From contig OZ024746.1 in assembly GCA_964016885.1 (NCBI GenBank), positions 18,228,001-18,292,000 of the forward strand: a DNA stretch of 64,000 bases. Direction: 5' to 3'. A program made the position numbers and the translations under genes. Positions 27,301 through 36,300 of this stretch are shown here, piece by piece. This DNA is from Eledone cirrhosa (Eukaryota). Numbering within the stretch: the first letter of the stretch is position 1; every line of letters starts with the position of its first letter. The notes under the pieces are model-generated. The model was given only the letters and a program-made list of their open reading frames with translations, did not search any database and was not told the DNA's origin.

Positions 27301-30300
27301 ATTTGAAGGGACAAAGAATACAGTGTAATATGCAGGAGTGTCTACCAGTAAACTGCAGTTTGGGAGAAGAAAAAGTAAAATTAGACAACCAATGTTGTGA
27401 ATCTTGTGTTCCGTCAAATACTACAACTTGTTTACACAATGGTCAAATCAAACAAGTAAGAACCAGACTGGATTATTTTTGCTTTTATTGTTGTTATTAT
27501 TGTTGTTATTATTTTTCAGCAGTAGATTGGCAGTATCAGTAGAGCATTGGACAACATGCTTCGTAGCATAGAGTTACGACCCTTGATGTTCTGAGTTCAA
27601 ATCCCGCCGAAGTTAGCTTTGCCTTTCACCCTTACGAGGTTGATAAAATAAAGCACCAGTAATGCACTGGGGTCGATTTAACCGACTTCCCCCTCCCCTA
27701 CAAATTCCTGGCCTTGTGCCTAAAGTAGAAACAATTATTATTTTTCAGTGTAAATATTAAACATTACAGACCATGTCATGTTTTTCTTTTATACTATTTT
27801 TTAACTAGCATTTTGCATGTGTTCACTGCGGTGTTGTGTAATTGATGAATTAAAGAGACAGTAAATATGTATATAGATATGTATACATTTATATTGTTAT
27901 ATATATTTGGGGAGGGTCATGTTATACTATTGCCAGAAAAGTATAGTAATCATTTATATATATTCATATGTATTACCTTTTTTTATTTTATTAGGTGGGA
28001 GAACTTTGGCCTGTAGATGAATGCACAAAGTGTACATGTATTGATGGTAGAACTGTTTGCAATATTCAGACCTGTCCTCCTTTTCCAAATTGTGCTGCTG
28101 AAGAAATTCCTTATGTGAGACCAGGATACTGCTGTCCCACTTGTCTAGCCAGTAGGTAATTTCATATTTTTCGAATGTAGTATATTTTAAATATATGTAT
28201 ATATAACCGTTTGCTTTTTTTTTTTTTTTTCCTCATTCAGAATATCTTCTTCCTCTAAATATATATCTTAAAGTAAAACCTTACAGTATTTAAAACAGAT
28301 CATCATCATCATTGTTTAACGTCCATTTTTCCACACTTGCATGAGTGAGACGGACGATCATATTACGAGACAATTTAGGTCTAGAAACCACGTCATGCTC
28401 ATATGAAACTATATTTTGGCTTTGCTTCTATGGTTGGATGCCCTTCCTAACTACATTACAGTGTGGACTGGATGCTTTTTTTTCAGAAAAAAAAAATGTT
28501 ACTCATCATCATCATCATCATTTAATGTTACTATATATAGCTTTATGTCTTACTCTTTTTGTTTTTACAGAACCTTCCAGTTGTATTCTCTATGGCAATA
28601 CTCATTACCAAACATTTGATGGTGCCATTATTCATTTACAAGGAACATGTAATCATATTATGACTACAGATTGTGAAAACAAGGATTTTATGTATGTTGA
28701 ACAAATGAAATATTTTATTGAAATGATGTTGTTGTTGTTGTTGTTTCTTTGCAGTTTTGTTTATGAGACTATTTGTGAGTGTTTATGTGCACGTGTCAGG
28801 ATAAAAAGTGCACGTGTGTATGCACATGTCTGTCAGGATGAAAAATGCACATGTATGTATGCACATGTCTTATGCACATGCCTATGTCAATGAAAAGTGC
28901 ACATGTATGTATGCACATGCCTGTGTTAGGATGAAAATGAATTTCTATTGTTTTATACAAACTACCGTGTTTTACAATTGAGCAGTGAGGGACTACAATT
29001 ATGGGTGTGATTTTAATTAACTTTAAGTATGATACCCCCCTTCCCCAGCCCCACACACACTTTAAAAAGATATGTATTTGAATGGTATGATTAATTTTTT
29101 TAAGAGCTTTTAACATTAGATATATTAGAATATAAATAATAACAATAATATATCTCATTGCACTTTCTTGATGAAGGACTAACGTCCGATTTGTTGAACT
29201 TATTTTCTCTCTTTCATCCAAAGTGTGAACCTAAACACTAATTGTTACCATATCTCTGTATTTTTCATTTGTTATTATTATTATTGTATCGGTAGAGCGA
29301 TGGACACTCTGCTTTGCAGCATAAAGTTACGACCCTTTACATTCTGAGTTCAAATCCTGTTGAGGTTAGCTTTGCCTTTCATCCTTATGGGTTCGATAAA
29401 ATAAAGCACCAGTAATGCACTGGGGACAATTTAATTGACTTTCCCCTTCCAGCACAATTGTTGGCCTTGTGCCTAAATCAGAAACCATTATTATATTTGT
29501 CTATTGTTTTCTGGTTGTTATTATTGAAGGGTGGAAGTTCAGCATAGAAGTTTCTCTGGGACATCTACAGCTCAGAATGTCACCGTAAGATTTGCAGGAT
29601 TGGAAATCAATATAACACAGGATAATGACGTCACTGTAAGTATTAGTTTGTTATAAATAAATATTCACATTTCTCTTTACCTTTTTTAGCATATAAATAA
29701 GGGTCAGCTAAAATGTTCATAGGCTGACTATAAAGAATTGATGCTAAAGCTGTGAAATCTTGCATGTATTAATTTCAACTATTATTATTAATAACTGCAT
29801 TGTTTCTTTCCAGGGACTATGTTGAAAAATAAACCTCATTTGGTCATTCCATGAGAGTATCTTGGTCAGCCTATGAACTTTTCAGCCAACTCTTCTCTAT
29901 CTCTCTCTCTCTCTCTCAGTATAAATATATATATGTTGATAGCTACAAGAAAATTTCTGTTACTTTTTTAGTATATACTAGGAGATTGGCCCGGCGTTGC
30001 TCGGGATTTGCTCTAGGGTTCTTATATATTTGATATATATTTATCCTTCTCGAGCCTCGTGAAGTAAATACGTTGTTTATATTTTGTTATTGTGTATGCA
30101 AAAATATCTGTACACGAATATATAATTATATATATATATTAAAATAACAGATTAAAGTTTAAGCAAAGAATTTCTGTTTTCACCCTTAACGGGATCTTCT
30201 GAAACTAAAATAATAAATCTGTGAACACAGAAGTAAATATTTCGAAAAACGTTATACACTATATATATATATATACACACACACACTGCATCATAATGAT

Positions 30301-33300
30301 GTAATTCAGACAGCCAGACATACAAACACATATTATAAAGGCGCAACGTAATATCTATGTATCTATCTAAAAAGAGAAAGACTAAGAGAGAGAGAAAGAG
30401 ATCACTAAATCGCCTAATGTGGTCCTTAGGGCATTGAAATTTTGAAAATTTTTTTTTTGCTCAGAATACTCAATAGCACCATAAGTATTACATGTGTAAA
30501 GTTTGAAAACAATCGGTTGGGTGGTTCTCGAGTTTTAGTGATTGTACAGACAGACAGACATTCTCTGTTTTAGTAATATAGATATACACATACATACACA
30601 CATAAAATGTTAAGCTAAATTATTGTTTTTCTTTCCTAGGTTGATGGGGCTGACATTGAGCTGCCATTTACACACCGCCATGATATTTTTATAGAGAAAA
30701 GTAGCGGAAATCTACTCCTCCATACCAATATTGGAGTGAAGGTTGTTTACTGTGTTTCTAACTCTGTCAATGTTTTTGTTTTATTAAAACTGATTTATTG
30801 CATTTTTTTGGAGAGTGGTGTGACAATACATTTGAGTATCTACTTCATGAATTATACATTGACTTTTAATTCAACAGTGGAGACTTCCAATGTTCTTAGA
30901 CCCCTGGACTACAATTACTACTCCATCCTGTCTACCAGGACAATGAGGTGGACTGACCCTTAATCAGCTTATCAGATAGGGCTACAAGTAGCAGATTACA
31001 TTACATTACTGCTATTCTTATTTCATTTGGGCTACTTGCTACTTCCAAGTTTTAATTGAAAAAATAAGAATCAGATTACAGGTCATATTAAATTATCAGT
31101 TAATTGAGAATCAGCCTACAGGCAATCTTTACATTTAGCCTCCCATTTTTTCTTAGCTGCTTTACAGCTTCCTATATTTTCTTTATCTTTTTTTATGCTT
31201 ATTTTGCCTCCTGGTGGCTTTCCCTATTTTATTGTTTTATTTATCTATTTATTTTTATATTCACTTATTTCTGTATATCTTATTTCTTGTTTCTCAACTG
31301 TAACAAGTACTAGATATGTCTGCTAGTCTGTCATGGCTTACTAGCTCTATACGGACGTTTAAATAGATAAATAAATAAAATAGCAATTCTCATTATTTTC
31401 AAGTTTGAATGTAAATGGACTAAATGTTGTATTCACAGCTTGTGTGGAATGAAGAAGGCTTTGTCGAGGTGTATATCTCACAAACTTACCAAGGAAAGAC
31501 CTGTGGCCTTTGTGGTAATTTTAATGGTTCACCACAAGATGATTTAACAACCAGTAATGGCAAGATGACAAGTTCACACGCAATCTTTGGAAATAGTTGG
31601 AAGGTAACTATATTTTTACAATTAACATTTACTCTGTTTTTCCATCTTGAAAATGTCAGGTTGCTCTTAAGCTCTACTGGTAACATGTAACACAGTAGAA
31701 CCTGTCATATGGTTGAGTCGTCAGTGACTAAACCAGCAACCTCACCAAGCAGGCTTGGTGAAGAAACTAATCTTTCGACACCCTTATCTATTCAATTGCT
31801 TCCCGACATAAAACGAACGAACTAAGACCAACATTTTTAACATGTTTTCCCTGCTAGAATGGGTTGGACGTTGTCACAGACCTGTCAGTACTAGCATAGG
31901 GTGGACATGTCATCACAGACCGGTCAATACTAGCAAAGGCTGGACATGTCATCACTAGTATGGATTAGACATGTCATCACAGACTGGTCAGTACTAGTAA
32001 GGGTTGGAGCTGGACATGTCATCACAGACTGGTCAGTATTCAAGCGAATCTACTAATATTTTAAATGAGATGGGGGATGTACATCTTGCTTAACATCAGC
32101 TCCTTGTGGGGGGGGGGGGTGATCAGTGGGGTTGGGCTGTACAGTGATACTAAGAGATGCTAATGGAAGGTTGGAGGAACATGACAAGTCACATTTTAAG
32201 TTGATAGCCAAGTCTTCACCAGAACAGCATGTTGCCAGTCCTCATGACCCTTTGTCATCTCTGTTGTGAGGTTCAGTTTCTTAAGCTAAGCCCTCACTAT
32301 TTCATCCCATGTCTTCCTGGGTTTGCCTCTTCTACAGGTACCATCCACTGAGGTTTCTCTCTTCACTTTATACATCAATCATCTTCGACACATATCACAT
32401 GTCTGTACCAGCACAGTCATCTCTTGCACATTTGTTGAGAACAATCTTTTATTTCATGCATTGGTTAGATTGATATGCAAGCATATATTTTCTTAACTTT
32501 ATGCTTGCCTAGAAATGTTTGTGTTTTTTATGTAATTAATATAGTGAACTTATCGATTACATTTACATAACATTTTTTAGTTTATTTCTCTATTTTTAGA
32601 CCAAAAATCAAGTGAATGAAAGCTGTAAAGAATCTGCTGATGTGCATCCTTGTAGTGAAGTTGGTTCTCAACTAAGAACACTCATTGAATCTAAATGTGA
32701 TATCATCAATGTAATATATTTTATTTTGTACTTTTTTTGTTGACAGTTTTAACTTCTAGTTTAACAAACCTCTCAAAGTCTTGTCTCAATATGTTGGTTA
32801 AGTCATTCTTTAAATACAGGCATTTATTTGACAGACATGGAGTGTTGTTCAATAAAATGTACAGAAAAAGAAAGCAGCTTTGGAAAGGACTATAAATGCC
32901 ATAAATGAGAGAAAAATGAGGGGAAGAGAAAGGACTATTAGGCAACAGAAGAAAGGGGAGAGGGTGACAGACTCTAAATCTAGGTCAGAGCAGTGTTTTG
33001 GTTGTGCCCCGAGGACAAGATTGCAAAGGCATTTCCAGCGACACCTGCTGCAGCAGCCACCCCACCTCATGGGGCTCCTTCTTCAGATAGACCCTGTACA
33101 GCTGACAGCAGCCTGAGATCTCAAAAGCGACCAGACTAGCCCTGGTGTCTTCCTGTACTCTACATTGCAGGCTTTGGTACCATTCTTTTGTATGAAATAT
33201 GTAAGAATCATACGAAATATATATCTTGTAATTATCACTCGAAATTAAGCAAATTTGTTTTCTAAATAATATAAAAGATTTTGTAGAAGACATCATTCAT

Positions 33301-36300
33301 TTACAATATATTCCCACATTTAACCAAATGCATTTTATTTGGGCACCAATGCTATCATGTATTTGACACATCTCAAGGGTTCTCCCAATACTTTCTTTGG
33401 TTTCTACAACTTGATGTCCTTCCTATTACCTAGTTCTTTACAGTGTACTGGTGTGTTTGTCATGTAAATCACAGAACACTAGAGACATTATCATGTCTTT
33501 GACACCCACAAGCTGAAGAGCACTAGAGACGCTGTCAGTTATTGACTCAACTAAAAAGGACTCTCCACTTTTTGGACAGAGGCAGAGGTATGTGCCATGT
33601 GTGGAGGGATTTGGCAGGGTGATGGGTGGGAGTGGAGAGGTTACTTCTGGTAATGTGGGAGATTCTGATGTGATAATAGCTACTAAGAAATGGGGTTTAT
33701 GACTTGTGTGTCCAAGTTTTAGATACCAGGACTTGACCGACTATTTCCTTTTCGTGTCAGTCAACTTTGAGACGTCTGACCACCAGACTGCTGTTTTCCT
33801 CAGCAAAATCAGGTGAGGAGTGCATCCAACCTGAGGAATGAGTTCTGTGAGATGGAATAGCTAATGCAGCAATGTTTTCCCCATGTCTGCAGCTGAGATA
33901 TACCACCTAGCCAGGGAAATACAGTTTCCCCCTGCTCCTTTTTTCTCTTTTCCTATTTATTATTTTGATACTTTCATCATTGTATTTTTCTAATCAACAA
34001 ATTTACCATTAATAATCTCAAACCTGTGATTAGCAGCAAAAAAATAAGCTCAGCAATGAAAATACACACACACACGTGTGTTTGTGTGTGTATATATATG
34101 TCCATTAATTCAATTGATTTTTCTGTTATTGTGGATATATTTTAATGATCATCTCATTGCTCTCTTTTTCAGAGTCCTATATTTTCCAAGTGCCACAAAG
34201 TTGTATCTCCTGAACCTTTTTATTCCTCTTGTGTTCGTGATATGTGTCTCTGTACTTCGAAATCTGACTGCTTGTGTCATATCCTACAGGCATATGCCCA
34301 TGAATGCGCTAAAACTAATGTAAGAGTAGAATGGAAATCACAGACTAACTGCCGTGAGTTGATATCTTTTCTAACAATTCCAGCAGCATGGATATATACC
34401 ATCATCATCTGTCTTTTAAGAAGTCATGAAGCCATTCACCTAGTTTTCCAGCTATGCCAAAGCTACATAGTTTGTGATATATCATTCCATGATCAACCTT
34501 GTCAAGATATTTCACATCCATGTTCAAGCAGTCTAGCAGCTGTTTGAGTATCCAGTCATAATGCTGCAAGAGCTGCGTAAGACAACTTCTACCTGTGTGA
34601 AAGCCATGCTGGGTGCCAGTTAGAAGACCATTTTCCTCTAGAAAAGTAATCAGATTCGTTCCATGACTTTGCTATGTGAGGTCAGGGAGATAGGTTTACA
34701 GTTTTTAGCATCTGCTCTGCTTTCTCCTTTATGGATAAGACATGTTATGCATTCTTTTAGTTTTCCACTTGCAAGGGATCTTTGGAACAGGATCTTCAGC
34801 GGTTTTGGGAAACCATGTGGACCAGCAGCTGCATTTGGTCTATGGCTGATGGTTGCATTTCTGTGTAATGCAGTGGTGATAAAGGACTCCTCTGGCTTAT
34901 TTATTTGCATGTGTCTCATAGGTGGTGTGAAAACACTTTTCTATTGCTCGTTCCGTACCTCACTTATCCCTTGGGAATCTGCAGTCAGTGAGCCACTTTT
35001 ATGGAGTGTACTGAGGCGGTCTCTTTTGCAAATTTGAAGGCCTTAGGATTCGTCTGTTTTCTGTAGCCTTGAGTTCATTTTCAAATGGGATTCCTTCTTG
35101 TATATGTAGCTGGTTTAAGATCTTTGTTCTAAGGATTTTCCTGTGTCTGTTGGAGCATATGACTTGTCTTATTTCCATGAATTGCTCAAGTTATAGGTTG
35201 ACATCTTCCAAAGAGAGATTGTTGGTCCAGTTTTGCTTCAGGAGCTCCTCCTGAATCCTTTTCCAGTTAGCTTTGTGGAAGTTTAAGCTGGATAGAGACC
35301 ATGTGCTTCCGGCCAGCTGCATATCTAGTCTTCCTCGGACTATATATTAGTTTTACTATGTTGTGGATGAGCTCTGTGTTATTCATGAAGCACAGATCCC
35401 GGATATTCTCACCATTTGTTCCAAGGGATGTCATTCCTGAGAAGGGGTGGACTTTACACTAGTTAAAATCTCCCTATAACAGAATGTTGAGACACTGATC
35501 TAAATTGATTAGTCTCAGAAAGATGGAAGAAGTGCTATCTTCAAACTTGTTCTCATGATTATATAGTAAAAGGCCGATAGTTTTTAAAAGCTGGGCAAAA
35601 CATTTACTTTGTTTATTTTAACATACTGTAGTGCTATTACCCTCTTTTCACATGTGTAGCTGAAACAGTCCAAGACAAAACAAAATTAGCAAAGTTTTCT
35701 TCCCTAACTAGTTTGTGTTTGTAAAACACATGTGCAGGGTTGCTATAGTAACCATTCTGCCTTATTTATCCCTGGTGAAAATTGCCTATATTCCTTTCAG
35801 TTGCCACTATTGTGGCAACTGTCAAGATGTTTTTTAATGGAAGAGGCTCTTATTGTCATGTGCTTCTTCATCTGTATATGTAGGCTACTTCCAATGTTTG
35901 AGGAGCAACATTTTTTGCACATGATCTTATAGAATACATATGCTCTCATGCACATTTCTGCATTGACAGCACAATTATATATATAGTGATGATTCACATG
36001 CAATGTATGTTGAATAGTCCGGACATTTTAACAGTGCTTCCTCTTCATTTGTTCTGTGTTTTTACAATGTCATGCTTATTATTTCTTATATACAGTCTGC
36101 CAATTTTTGTCTAATCCGTTCAAATTTCCTTTTACTCCTAGCATCCAACTGTGAAGAAGAGAAAGGCTATGTATTTGATGACTGTGCACCACCCTGTCAG
36201 CAAACTTGTGACAATACCGATTCTGAGGGACATCTTATAAACGGTTGTTTTAAGCCTTGTATCTCTGCTTGTCTCTGTCCACCCAATAAACTATTGCATC

